The notes: generated by a model not told the origin, from the letters alone. 64,000 nucleotides of DNA from Vicugna vicugna (GCA_013265495.1 MU057801.1:682001-746000), one strand, 5' to 3'; counted from the stretch's first letter, positions 1-13,400 are shown. A program made the numbers and translations.

Positions 1-1538
1 GAGGCGTCTACCATCGGCAGGTGTGAACACTTAGACCAGAAATGTCCACTGTTGCTTAGGGACGACACCACAGCATTATAAAGCAATGCATTACTCATTT
101 ACAGCTAACTGGTTTGTTTCCCTTTGTTTCTCTAGTCTTAATTAAAATGTACGTTAAACACACATGAAGATCATACTTCTCAGTCTTACTTATCTCACAG
201 ATGAAAGATGTTATCCAACACCATTTTTATACGCAAATTTTAACGTTACTCCATCAGAAGTTCCCAAAAACATCAGGGAGTGGTTAAATTTTACACCGTA
301 ATTAATGAAAACCAGTTTGCTTGGTTAAAAAAAGTATATTCAAGTTAGAATTTTAGTTTTTATTTCTAATTTTAAAATGCTTTTCAGCATTCTAACACCG
401 CTTTTACTCAACACATGCTTTGTAGTTTGTCTGAATTGTTCTCGTAAAAGATGTCTGTGGACCCAGGAATACGGTGGACCAGGAAGGACGTGAGGTCAGG
501 GTCTCCCACACTGAGCTTCCCTGTCACACAGGTGAGGGGACCGAGCCTTCAGAGGTTCACTTTCCCAGGGTCACATGATGTGTGTGTGTGCACATGTGTG
601 CGGGTGTGTAAGTGGGCGTGTGAGCAGTTAAAACTGCAGAGCACTCCCCTATCCCCTGTTCTGTGTACTTGACTGGGATGTCCACTCACTGATTCCTCCA
701 ACAACCCTATAGTAAGGACCGCTACTATCCCCGTTCCACAAAAAGGAAACTGAAGGACAGCGATTAACTTGCTCCAGGCCACCCAGCAACTCCTCGGCAG
801 AGCCTGGATGCCCATCAGCAAGTTCGGCTCTGTAATCTATTCGTGAATTTTAGAAATACACTATGCAAGGGGGGGAAGTTACAAAAAATATAGAACATGA
901 CAACATTTTTAAAAAGCTTAAAACAAAAATTAAATGATATATTGTTTGAGGAGACAGATATGTATGGTAAAACCATAAAGAAGGGAATGATTATCAAAAA
1001 CAAAACACTCGGGGCAGGGTCACAGGATGACAGAAGGGCCTCTTGGGAACCTTGTGGGTTTGGAAGCTGTTCTCTGTCGCTGGGCTGCAGGCTCACCACG
1101 GCTCATTTTACGACCATGGCCCATAACTCACAGATGTATCACAACTTACCCTGCATGCATCAAATATTTTATAGTAAAATTAAAGAAAACAGTAATCAAT
1201 AAGCTACTTAAATTCTTTAACTTATCCTGGATTTACAACACGTGTAAGTTGGATAAATTATGCTTTTCCAGAGTAAAGCAAATTGGGTCGTGGCTAAACG
1301 AGTCACTTCCTCCTGCATTGGACAGTGGTTGCTGGCGTGGCGGCCTCCTTGCTCTTCAGCCGCTGTCTCAGCCCCCTCTGCACACAGGGGTCTGAGAACT
1401 CACAGCTGGTTACGGACGGGGGTTGGGGCGGGCGCCCCCGGCATCGCTGTGCTAAAGACCCCTGGAGTCCCTGCACCTAGGAGACTGTGGGACCTCCCGA
1501 CTGTTAACACTGGTGCCTCTTCTCGAAGACACAGTTAC

Positions 1539-1715
1539 CTGTCAAGTTGGAAGCATCAGTGGGACTAAGCTGTAGCCAATGGCGGGCGTCGGAGTCAGTC
1601 GCAGCATCCGTGGGAGAGCTCAGTTCGGGGTCCTCCTCACAGGTCAGCCACGGGCTCAGGGCCAGCTCTGCCTCTGTGCTGTAGCTCAGGGCTGTGTCAC
1701 TGCTGACACTGTCAC
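1539..1715 (-). CDS. RALGAPA2: RALGAPA2 coding exon (~exon 20), 177 nt: (S)[58 protein letters not shown]
   Basis: Within ORF 1504..1818; ttctgccag acceptor, CAG|gtaact donor; the gene continues beyond the window start. Confidence 0.95.
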
Positions 1716-3070
1716 CTGGCAGAAGGGGAGAAGCAGTCTGAGAGGACAGACAACGGGAAATCGGAGAATCCACCAGCCAGCACACAAGCAGCCAGACAGC
1801 AGACCCAGCCACAATCATTCAGGGGACCGGGGCTCCGAAGCTGCCCGCTGGGGCTCTTGGTAAACGGAACCAAGGTGCCGAGCGCCGGGAGCCAGCCGTC
1901 ATCACAAGCACCGCACACATCACTCCCGGGGCACTCTCTTCACGGGGTCTGCAGCCGGTGGTCCGTGTGCGCAAAAGATCGCACCAAGTCCTTAAGTTTT
2001 CTACGGTGATTTATTCAACTACAAACAGAGGTGGCGGGGAGGAAGAGGGTAGGAATTGATTCTGCCACAAATGCAGGCTTAATCTGCCAGCCTAAGAGCC
2101 CAGGGATGCTGTACTGCGAGCCGAGGTGTGGACCTGCACCCAGCGGGGTATGAGGTGTCCCACGCACGAGTTTCTCCAACAGAAACTTTCCCCTTGAAAC
2201 ATGGGAGTTCTAACTTGTCATGATACAGCGATGCTTTCAAAGGCTATGCAACCTGATAGGGTATTTAGTTGGCCACAAAGCAGACCCAAGACTCCAAGGA
2301 GGGGTCTGCTCCAAGTCTCCCACAGGCTTCATAGGGACATTAGGTGTCTGCCCTTTCCTCTCGGGCCGCGCTCTGAATCTGCTGCTGACCGACCCCCAGC
2401 CCTGCTGCTTCTAATCTGCTGTCCTCTCTTCACCTGCGGAGAACTGAGAGTCGTCCCCGCCGCATCTGTTAGGTCCCTAACTTCAGCCGCCCCAGGACTC
2501 TAGCAGAAGGGGCCTGAGAACCTTGCCCTGCCCTCCACCGAGACCCACCCTGGGTCTGTGGGCCCTGCGCCCCGGGCTGCCGTGAGAAGGAGGGGCCTGG
2601 CAGCGGGCCTCAGGAAAGCAGAGTATCAGGGCTGCATTTCACAGCGGATGGCGGTAGGTCTCGGCATCCCAGCCAAATATTACTTTTTAAATATTTATAC
2701 CACTGACTTCAAGGTACTTCCGAAGCTTTGACTCTACCCTGCGGAAACTCTGCGGGGAAGATCATTTTTCCTCCCAGGTCTGTCTGTTGCCCAGCCATCA
2801 GCCTTGGCCGTGCTTCTCACCTGGAGAAGCTTCTCACCTTGGCCGTGCGGCCCCGGGGTGGGGAGACAGGCCTCGAAGGCGCAGGTACCTGACCAGGACT
2901 GTTCTATTGTATGTGTGGACTAACCCCCCATCGACCTGGGGATCCCAACAATAAAAACGTCCCATTTCACAGCCACGTCTCTTCAGATCATTTAAGTCAG
3001 AAAGTCACAAGGAAACAAAACACGTCAGTGTTGAAGTCGGAGGAACACGACCACGTGGCCTGGCACTTAC

Positions 3071-3161
3071 TCTTCTGTCTTTCCCTGCATTTCCCTTGCG
3101 TCTGCTGTAAGTCATCTTTTAAGTCCAATTCAGCCGGGCTGCTGCTTCTTCGGACTAAGAT
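3071..3161 (-). CDS. RALGAPA2: RALGAPA2 coding exon (~exon 19), 91 nt: [30 protein letters not shown]
   Basis: Manual translation; ttctgtctgaag acceptor, A|gtaagt donor. Confidence 0.95.
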
Positions 3162-3434
3162 CTTCAGACAGAAAGAAAGAATGACATTTGTTACAGGAAA
3201 GTTTTCATTTTTATAGGACTGTGAAGTTTCTAGTCCACATTTCTAAAGAAAAAGAAACAATAATAACAGCAACAAAAAACTGAATGCCATTTCGCCTTGA
3301 AGGATATGTGTCCACAAATCACTGTAATTTAATTATAAATTACTCAAGATCTGAAATTTAAGGCTACTACTTTGTCAGCTGACATCCATTTAACTGGTCT
3401 ACTGAGAAGAGATGCCAAGTTATCTGGAAACAAC

Positions 3435-3629
3435 TTTTTTAATTGAGGTCGATTAACAATGTTGTGTTAGCTCTGGTGCAGCATAGTGATTCGGTTATAC
3501 ATGTACATATGTATTTCTTTTCATAGTCCTTTTAATTATAGGCTATTGCAAGGTACTGAGTATAGTTCCCTGTGCTTTCAGTAGGTCCATCTTTTTTACA
3601 TACAGAGTTGTATCTACAAACCCCAAACT
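3435..3629 (-). mobile_element. L1 3'-end fragment with poly(A), fused directly to the U6 copy
   Basis: Contains L1 3'UTR motifs (tatagttccctgtgct, gtgattcggttatacat) shared with other L1 ends in the window. Confidence 0.85.
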
Positions 3630-3737
3630 AAAAAGCACGTAACGCGGCACGAGTTTGCATGCCATCCTTGCGCAGGGGCCATGCTAAGTTTCTCTGTATC
3701 ATTCCAATCTGAGAATATGTGCTGCCGGAGCGAGCGC
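3630..3737 (-). pseudogene. Full-length U6 snRNA retropseudogene (5' part of a U6/L1 chimera)
   Basis: Reverse complement GCGCTCGCTCCGGCAGCACATATT...GATACAGAGAAACTTAGCATGGCCCCTGCGCAAGGATGG...TTTTT aligns end to end with U6, with multiple substitutions. Confidence 0.93.
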
Positions 3738-4199
3738 TGGGATGAAATTGTTCTCAAGCCCTATTTGTGCGTCTGCTCGAGCACACACAGACGACGCGCA
3801 CGGCCCCCCAGGAGCCCTGAGCACCCCGCGGACGGTGCGTGTGCTGCAGGGAAGGCGCCAGCCCCGCCCGGACGTCTGAAGGGCACCCGTGCCTTCCTTG
3901 TGACAGGGCAATGGGCTTTCCTGAGCACCACTCAGCACTGGCCCTTGTGTTAAACACAGACGACTAAAACGCTGGCAGGCAATCTGCAGCCTCTGAAATT
4001 TATGCAACTTGCTCGGAGAGACACAAAATGCACACCAATCACACAAAACGATGACAGCGTACATTGACAGAACAGGCAAGTCAACTCTGTGTAAAGGTGT
4101 GCGGAATAAAGCGTTACCTTCACTGGCAGACAGTGACAGGAGGGCTGCTCAAGGAGCCGACAGACAGGAGGTAGCACAGAGAAGGCAGGAGGGGTCGGG

Positions 4200-7100
4200 G
4201 CAGGAAGCACTGAGCGGTGATCTGCAAGTTCTACGTGCAGGAAAAGAAGCTGATTATAGCAGGCCACGCGGGGCGGCGGGCGCAGACGGGAAACGACGAG
4301 AAAATGAGGCAGACCACCTTCCCCAAGAGGCAGCTCCTGGCGCGCCGTCAGCCTCAGGCTTGGGGACTGCACCCCTATTCTGACAAAATGAGCAACTGTA
4401 TGTTCCAGTCTGCAGCTTACTGTGACTCAAAACACAACTGGAAAGATGTCTAGTAGCGATCTGTGGGACAGAGTGAAGAAGAAAGCTGCTGTGGACACTG
4501 TAATGGGAATTCAGGAATGAGCAGGTAAGGCTTCGATGGTAGAAAGGGAGAAGAAATGATAAATAAGAAAATGCTGCAGGATGACAGACAAGAGATGACG
4601 AGAGCTTCACAAGAGCTGGACATGGAAGAAAACTAAGTCACAAAAGGACATGAATCTAGGGGTCCGTGAGAATGATGGTGACAAAGGAAGGACGGACGGA
4701 AGGAAGGACAGATGGATGGACAATGGACAGAGGAATTTGGGAAAGTTTCCAATATTTTAATTTTCATCTTTGGGATGAACAGCTAAAGAGAATGTACTAT
4801 GAGTGTACACCAAAAAACCACGACTGGTGAGACAGAAAATAAAGCCAGAAATGAAAATATATACTCAAGGTCCTACAGTGCAGTGTACAAAAAACATGGG
4901 ATTCAATGAGCCAACTAAAGGAATGAATATTAAACAAGCAAACACATGAAGGGGGTGGCTAAGATGTATAATTAAAAGAATGATTATTAAGCTAAAACAC
5001 AGAGGTAGGTCATGAATAAAATACTTAGAAGGTTAATAGCATATGAAAAAATATTACTCAGCCTTGAAAAAGGATACGTATCTCATGTGATAATGGGAAA
5101 ATTTCCCAGGATATTTCCTTAATTTAAAAGGAGAATGCAGGCTCTTCTGATTTTCTGAGAGACGAACTATCCTCCAACTATAGAACTAGATCCTACATAA
5201 AAATTTGGGGCTCACCAGAAGCAAAATAAACCTCCAAGTGATCCACACTCTCTCCCACCCCCAGAAACGAACAGAAACCAGGACAGTGAAATGGGCTACC
5301 TTAGGGGTAAATCTAGTGTCACCACTGCCAGTGGCAAAAGGACCAAGACTCCAGGATTCCAGTAGAACTGCCTGTGCCTGGTTCCTGGGAAAAACTGATG
5401 CAAATGTTGTCCTTTATCACTTCAGACATCCAGGTTTTCTGTAGATTAAGATTTGCCAGCTAGGAACTCACAACTGAAGATCACCAAACACCAAAGAAAA
5501 TAATAAATCACCATGAGTGATTCAGACTCTCAGAAAAAACATGTATCAGATTCAGACTCCCTTCCCAGCACCCCCCCAAGGATTTCAGACAATCAGATAA
5601 AGAATTTAGAATTCCAATCTGTGACTATTTCAAAGGAATAAAAGACGAGAATCACAAAAACGAGCAAGCAACAGGAGATTTGCTAGCGATTACAAGAGAT
5701 ACTTGAAAACAATGAACCTGAACTTTCAGAAGCAAAATGTATAATTGTTGAACCAAAGAACTCAATGGGAGTATGAAACAGCAGACAGTTTATGCGAAAA
5801 GAGAGAATTACTGACCTGAGTGAAAGATCTGATGAGTTATCCAGAATGCACTCACACAGCCAAGGAGAATAGAAACTATGAAAGGGGGCTTAAGAGAACG
5901 GAAGACAGAATGAGAAAGTCTGAATATATTTCTACCCAGAATTCCAGAAGGAAAAAGCAGAGAGAACAGAAAAAGGTAATATTTGAAGAAATGATTACCA
6001 AGAATTTTCCAGAAACAATGGAAGAACAAGTATTCACAGATGCATGGCCCACAACACATACAACAAAGGACAGATGTGCAGACCCAAAGAAAATGCACCT
6101 ACGTGCACCGCAAAGGAACTGCAGGGCAGGGACAAAGAACAGCTAACGCACAGGGCACACAGAAGACTTCCCCACAGAAACAGTGAAAGACAAAGACAGT
6201 AGACAAACAGCTTCCACAGAAGGGGGTGAAAGGGGGAGGCAGGGGGGGATTACAGTAATTAGCTGTAGGACGGTCCAGAGAGACAAGAGTAGCCAAAGAC
6301 TCAAGAGGCACCAAAATAAAGCCTCCCACATCTGGGAAACAGTGTATGTGAGAGAAACGTAGCAACTCAGATCAACAAAGGAAGCATGAACTCAATGTAG
6401 GGGGCCCAGGACAGGTGGCTATCCATGTGGATCCCTATCTCACTCCATAAACATCAACTCGAGGTGGATGAGAGACTGAAATGGATAAAGCAAAACTGAA
6501 ACACTTACAATTACAAGGTAATATTTTTATCCCTGTGAAGTTGGTATTTTAAAACTTTCTTAAAATATAACCTAAAAATTATAATCAAGAATATCAAAAT
6601 CAAGAATTTCTGTTCCTGATAAGACAACAGGGAGAGAGTGAAAATATAAGCCACACACTGTTAGGAGATATTGGCCAGAAACATAACCAAAATAGGATCA
6701 GTATTCAGACCATATAAAGAATCAGTTCAAATAAAAGAGAAAATGACAAAGAAACCAATTGGGAAGTGGAAAGACATCAGGAGGTATTCCACAGATGAGA
6801 CACATAAGATCTCGATCAACACATGGAAAGATTTTGAACCTTATCTGTAAATTGAGGAATGCAAAATAAAATGAGATCCCATTTTCACCCACTTGACTCA
6901 GAAGATTTTAAATCTGACAACAGCAAGTGTTGACAAGAAAGTGGATGAGTGAGAACTCTTTACACATTGTTAGAGGAACATAAGGGGTCCAACCACTTTG
7001 GAAAAGACACATTCTCTCGTAAAGAACATCAGTTCTACTCCTGGCTAGGACCACAGAGAACCCCTTAAACGTGTAGATCTTGAAACACACACAAGAATGT

Positions 7101-7560
7101 ACACAGCTTCATTTTTCATTAGAAAAAAAAAGCAAATGCAAAACAGTCTTAACTTTCCATCAATCAGAGAACAGAAAAATAAACTGTGGTATATTCACAG
7201 TGGAATATCATACAGCAGAGAAAACAACAGAGGGCCATGTAACAAGTGAACAAAGCAATAGTATCACTTTTACAAAGTTTAAAGATAATGAAAACTAAAG
7301 GGTGCAGTGTTTGGAGATACGTACATACGGAGAAAACCACAGAGCAAAGTGAGGACATGATACACACAAAGCCAACAGAAAGCTGCTCTCCGGGGGACAA
7401 GGACAGGGCTCACAGGCCACCGCAGCCATGCTGCAAATATTCTGGGTCCTAAGCTGGTGGTGAGTCTGTGGGTGTGTATCTGACTGTTGAAACACACACA
7501 AATAACATACATCTATATACAGCATGTAAAAGTAGGCTGGTACACGCTCTTAAAAAATAT
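4200..7560 (+). mobile_element. Old fragmented L1 sequence (ORF1 remnant ~5600-6150; ORF2/3'UTR remnants ~4200-4450 and 6380-7560)
   Basis: ORF 5820..6146 has L1 ORF1-like IFEEMITKNFPE; A-rich L1-like sequence; boundaries approximate. Confidence 0.7.
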
Positions 7561-8174
7561 ACAGAGGACACTGAACACTGGTTATCTTCCAGGCAGGGAA
7601 GGGACAGACTTTCTTGGTTTATTTTGTGCCTTTCTGTGATGTCTGAGTCTTCTATTCATACATCCTAAATTTTTAAGAAGTGAATAAATAGGAAATATCT
7701 GCATAAGTGAGTTAGGGCTACTTTTTAATTTTCTTCTTTATACTTCATATTTGTGTTTAAAAAAGAATAAATGCTATTTTACATAAAAAAAAACCCCTAG
7801 CTGATGTTTGCAAAAACTCACTTATCTAGGAACTCCTGTCAGGCGGAGGCTCCCACTTAAAGTGACTTCAGGAACAGGGGTCCGACGCACGTTTGAGAGG
7901 CAGGGATGCCTCCTTAAAAGTACAGAGTGCACGTACAGACCAGGGGGGCAATTCTGTTTTCATGCTCACTTTCTTCTATTTTTGTAACATGACTAATTTT
8001 ACACAGAAAGCAACCAAGACTTTAAAAGATCTCAAGGTCATTTGGCCCTAAAACACATCTAAGTGGAAAAAATTTTTAAGACGAAGTATCACTGCTACTA
8101 ATAAATGCACGTACTGTGCCAACAGTTTATGTTTATTTTTAATGACAAACGAATACAGTTTGGAAACAGCTTAC

Positions 8175-8272
8175 TGTCATGCCCTCATGCTCTTTCTTCA
8201 CGTGTCCTTTGTTCTCCTGAACAGGCTTGGGCTCTGAAGAACTCCCCGTCTGTGCATTTTCCACCTTTGGCC
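8175..8272 (-). CDS. RALGAPA2: RALGAPA2 coding exon (~exon 18), 98 nt: [33 protein letters not shown]
   Basis: Manual translation; ctctag acceptor, ACA|gtaagc donor. Confidence 0.93.
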
Positions 8273-8599
8273 CTAGAGATCAGCGGGGGACATCGACAGC
8301 AGGGACATTTCAGATGATAAAACTGGAAAAGAACTTTATACTGAGGTAATTACTATACTTCGATATCCTAAGACATGGAAACCGGCACGCTGGCAGCCGG
8401 GGGTCAAGTCTGCCCTGCAGACCTGGTGTCTGGGCACAGAGAGCTTTCACTGCCACGTGTTCACGTGGGGGAGGGCGACAAGGCCTGTCCCGGGGGCCCT
8501 AGGGGAGGGTCTCAGACAAGAGCTGCCCGAATCAGCCAGGAAAGCTGGCGGGAAAAGGGAGCAGTGGGGAGGCTCAGCGCCACTGGAGAACAGACAGGT

Positions 8600-9050
8600 G
8601 GCACAACCAGTGTCAGGTACAGAAGAGGGAACATCACCAGGAAGCCTGCAAACGCTCACTGAAAAGATCATATCCTCTGAGTAGTCTGGGGCCAAAAAAC
8701 TGGGGGGGAAAAACGCATGAATTGAATGAATTCCTAGGAAAAACACAACTTTTTCAAATTAAACAGGAAAAGGAAAGTATGGATAATCTTACAATGATTA
8801 AAAGTTTTGAACACTACTTTAAAATCTTCTTACAAGAAAACACCAGGCAGCTGATGGATTCTATCAAAAATTTAAGGGGAAAAATCATAATGATCTTACA
8901 CAAAAGCTTTTGGAGAATAGAAAATCCTTCACATAACACATTTTAAAATTATTTTTCTTGTATTTTCTTATTTCAAGAGTATTTCTAAGACAGGAGACTT
9001 CCCTACTCTTCTGGTGAGGCTAACGTGACCCTGACATTAAGAACGTGGTT
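8600..9050 (+). mobile_element. L1 ORF2 fragment
   Basis: aattcctaggaaaaacacaac...aaaacaccagg...gatggattct resembles the L1 ORF2 region. Confidence 0.6.
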
Positions 9051-9469
9051 GATTTCTTACCTCACGAAACTACACCTAATTAAGTTTGTTCACTGACACC
9101 AAACACAATGTAAACCTGTGCTTTCGTTTTAAAATACATTATTCACTGTTCACACATCTAACCATCTGCCTCTCTGCCTCCCACGCCTGTTGCTGCTGAA
9201 AGTTGTTGGAGAACTGTGTAGATGAACACGATTACAAGTTGTTATTGTCAACCTCAGCAGAGCCTACACGCTGCTAATAAACTCTGTCACAAGTCTGCTC
9301 AGCCTCTGCTCTCAGTGTTGACTTTCACTCAGGCCTCACCCCTCATGCCCTGCTGCTGCCCTCCCTCACCCGTGGTGAACATTCTCTGTCTCCCACCTAC
9401 TCCAGCCACTCTGGACTTCTTTCTTTTTTCGAGTCCTCACACACGCCACGCTTGAAAAAAGTGCACACA

Positions 9470-9501
<32 letters not shown>

Positions 9502-9679
9502 TATAATTTAGATAAATAGATTAAAGTAAGTAGTAAAATATTTCATTGCCAGAAATCACATCCTTGCAATCAACTTATGAAGCAAATTCCCTTGAAATAG
9601 AGAGTTAGGACAGCAGCACGACCTGCAGCTTCATCGCGGCCAGAGCCCGCGGTCCCGTGAGTACCGGAAGCGCTGGTAC

Positions 9680-9817
9680 CCGGAGGCGCGCAGGGGCACA
9701 GCGGCCCCGTGACGTCAGGCGTGCTGCTGCTCCGGACCACGTGCTGGGGCTCGGCTGCCGCCAGGCGCCCGGGCTCGGCTGCAGGTGCGTTTTCTGACTG
9801 TGCGCTGTCTTCGACCT
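9680..9817 (-). CDS. RALGAPA2: RALGAPA2 coding exon (~exon 17), 138 nt: EVEDSAQSENAPAAEPGRLAAAEPQHVVRSSSTPDVTGPLCPCAPP
   Basis: Within ORF 9570..9833; cccacag acceptor, weak G|gtacca donor; phase 1-1. Confidence 0.9.
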
Positions 9818-10175
9818 CTGTGGGCGTTAACACAAAACACGCAGGGAGGTTATTTCAAAACTCCTAAAAATAATTGCACTGCTGAAGACAACTGATCCTG
9901 AAAATGTCGTTTTAGACACTTTTTTTCCCCACAAAAAGTGTGCAGTTAGATTACCTGCATTTACATAAGGTTCTCTGCACTTGCTAAGAATACATGTTCC
10001 TTTTCAGTCCTACAAAGTATTTTATTTCAACCAAAGTGAAGGGGAAAAAACAGAGAAAGGAGAATGGCTGAGAACTACTGTAGAATTACTTGGAGTCTCA
10101 GGGACAGGCCTGCCGAGGAGAGAGGGATGCTGGAGACGCAGGGAGCAGGTGATTTCCACGTGTGAGAGCGTAACT

Positions 10176-10204
<29 letters not shown>

Positions 10205-10209
<5 letters not shown>

Positions 10210-10402
10210 GCCCTAAAGACAAAAGGAAACAGGATAAACAACAAGGCCCTACAGCAGAGCACAGGGAACTACAGTCAGTGACTACGATGGAAAAGAACAC
10301 GCAAAAGAGGATGCTTATACACCTGTGTGTGACTGAATCACGCTGCCGTACACCTGCAACTAACAGGACACTGAATCAACTCCACTGCAACTAAAAATAA
10401 AA
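10205..10402 (+). mobile_element. Truncated L1 3' end
   Basis: agcacagggaactac...ctgaatcacgctgccgtacacctg...aaaaataaaa. Confidence 0.75.
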
Positions 10403-13400
10403 GAAGGGACTTTCAACTCTACTACTCCTTTTAACAGAGAAATGTACAGCCGTCCAAAATAAAATACAATAATTATTTAATGGCTTATATCACCAAATGC
10501 AAGGTTGAATCAATCACTAAAGTACGAAAATGATCCACTAGCGGTTTTAGAGAATCAATAAATGCACGGCACCAAGTAGGAAGCCACCGGGAGTCCTGAT
10601 CACCGGATGAGCTCAGCCAGAATCACCACAAGCCAGACTCCGCTAGACAACCAAGCCCCTCTGCGCTCGTTTCTAAACTCCATGGTTCACTTTAATCCTG
10701 GAATTACCGCAAAGAGTCACCCCACTTCCTCTCTCTGGAACCGCAGGTTCGGGAGTACAGCATCCCTGGCAATGTGATCGTTGTCATCGGCCCCTAACCT
10801 CACCCCTCGTCGACCCTCTGCGTGGCCCCGGACAATGACCTGACGGCACCCTTCCTCTTGCTGAGGCCCAGCTCCCCATCGCTGTCTAGTCAGCTCGCGC
10901 CCGCACGGTGAGCACAGAGATCCCCTGGATCTCCCCAGCGGCCTTGACCCCACAAGGGGCTCTGGGTCACTTCAGCCTTGAGCAGCCCCAGCCCACGGGG
11001 CACCTGCTGCCTTCCCCCGTCACTCAGTCCTCCAGGCCAACCTCCCTCTGCTGTTGCCTGGGCCCCTCCGACGGGACTCGCCCTGGGGTCCTGCATGTGG
11101 CCCCTGGCTGCCTCCCTTTGCAGACCCCACACTCCCTCCTGCAGGCATGAACTCCACCTCCATGTGGCTGTCATAGCCTCTTTCCCCCAGTTTTGATTAG
11201 CTCAAGTTTCAGTCCTTCTAAGAAGGGACTGATCACCATTCTGCCCATGTTATCTACCTGGAAGGGTCACCCTCTTCCTCACCCGAAATGAGACTCGCTG
11301 CCGACGGGCCGCCTCTGCACACCCCTGTGACCCGTCCGCCCGGACCACGACGCTCTCCATGGGCCAATTCCAAGTGTGACACGGGATTTCACCGCAGGGC
11401 TGCGGCTTGCTATGCACTCGCCACATGAGAATTCCCTGTTAAAGGAGCCTGCCCCTAGTCACCAGGCTTCAAAACCATGCGACGTGTGCGATCCCTCACT
11501 TCAGTCCTAAGCACTGGGCCGTGGTCTAAATTCACTCTGACAGGAGGCTGGGCGGAGGGCGCAGCAGAGGAAGGCCGGCGGCAGAGCACACAGACCCGCA
11601 AAGCCTTGTCCTCCCTGGATCGGCCCCGTCCCTCCTCTCCCCTGGAGAGCCAAGGGCTGCCCCTGCCCAGGGAGAAACCCGGGACACCCGCACACCTGGC
11701 GGCCCCCCACAGCGCGCAGACCAGGCCCCCCAGCTCGACCCCCAGGCTCCTCAGTGCCAGGCAGCAGAAGCCTGACGACCCGCGGCCAGCCCTCCCTGCT
11801 GTCCTCTTCCATTTTTCCTTCCAATCACGCAAGACACGGGAACCTTCTGGGAAGAGTTGTCTCGAATGAGCCTACACATAAATCCAATGTCAGCAGAGGG
11901 AGCCCGAGAGCTTCCCCCGTCTCTAAATAATCACTGGCAAGGGCCGGTCTTTATGGACAGGGGGACAGTGGCTTTTCTGCATTTGACCGCGGTGCCAGGG
12001 AGTGGTAGGTTGGTGTCGGGGCTCTGAGCGGAAACAAACAGGGGCTGGGCCAACACTGGCTGCATCTTTTCCAAGATAAAGAACATCGCCATCTGCTGGG
12101 ATGCGATTCGGACGCAGCACCCTGGCTTCCAAACGCGAGTGTCCCCACTGGTCCTCGACATGACAGACGGACCAAGAGCCTGCCACACCAGCTGGTCTGC
12201 CTTCCCCACAGGCTGGCCTGATGTGGCTTTAAGGCTGTTTCTGTAAAAGTGCTGGGAGGGACTTCTCGGATGGAGGAAGTCCAAGTCTGAGAAAGCACGG
12301 GAAGTGGGGGCAGTGGAGGGCGAGGGGAGGGGAGACCCTGGGGTCAGCGTGCAGTCAGGCTGCCTGCTGCTGGCGCCCTGAGCCACTCCTGCACTCGGCT
12401 GTGCAGAGAATGAGAAACAGGATGCAGATTCTCCTTATCCCACAGTTCAATAAACCCAATTTCCTGACTTGTAAGTGGACACTTTTTTGGCCTTTTCTCA
12501 CACTTTGTGCCAAGTGCATACTCAGTATGTGTTCTTTATAAATGACCAAATGAATGCCAAAAACATTTTCTGGATATCCTGTTCCTCTTCCTTTTTTAAA
12601 CGGTTCTTGAGCTCCCTCTGCTGGCTTTGTATTCACACTAAGGCGGCTCCTCTCTACAGCCAGCAGCTGCAGGAACTGCTGTCTGATAACAAATGAGAAT
12701 CGCTGAACACCGATATGCAAATATCAAGGTAGAGGATTATCTGATATTCAAAACAGAAAAAGGGCAGCCCAAGTCATATAAAATAATTGCATTATAAATT
12801 CTGGGAGGTCTACGGCATTTTAAATATCACACAATTTGAGTCACTTCGAAGAGCTAAATCCTCTCTCAGATTAACCAAACCCATCTCGCTCCCTCGAGCA
12901 GAGCTAGCCCAGTAACCCACACCGCAAAGCGCCAACTTTCCAGCTGCTTGACAGCGTAAGTTACACAGTATCACTACTAACTCATTGCTTTCTAAAGCTC
13001 CATTCAGAGCGCCAGAAAAAGGATCAAATAAGGATTAATTTCATTTTCCCCCACTGAGAGGAGAACCTGCATGATTAAGTTAAGTGTGTAAACTCTTCGG
13101 AAGCTTCTATTTATTCCAGACGGCTGACTACTTTTCAAAGAAATTTCACTCACTCTTAAATCTAAGGCTTCCTTAACCCATCTTATTTAAATCCAGTGAG
13201 GCCCATTCTCCAATTACCCAAATTCTGGGTTCCATTTACTCCTCATACAAGGTTGCATAAGCAAAATTAATAGTGTTGTTTCCTAACTTCTAAAGCACTG
13301 TGCACAGTACCAACGTGACCTTCTGAAAGCACAAGAGATGTGGACCAACTCATCATCTTGACGTTTCCCACAAGGTCTGAAGGTGAGTCAGCCCAGACCC

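Noticed and set aside
3630..3737. Functional U6 snRNA gene
   Set aside because: Many substitutions, fused to an L1 tail, and no evident upstream PSE/TATA promoter
5820..6146. 108-aa plus-strand ORF
   Set aside because: Degenerate L1 ORF1 remnant
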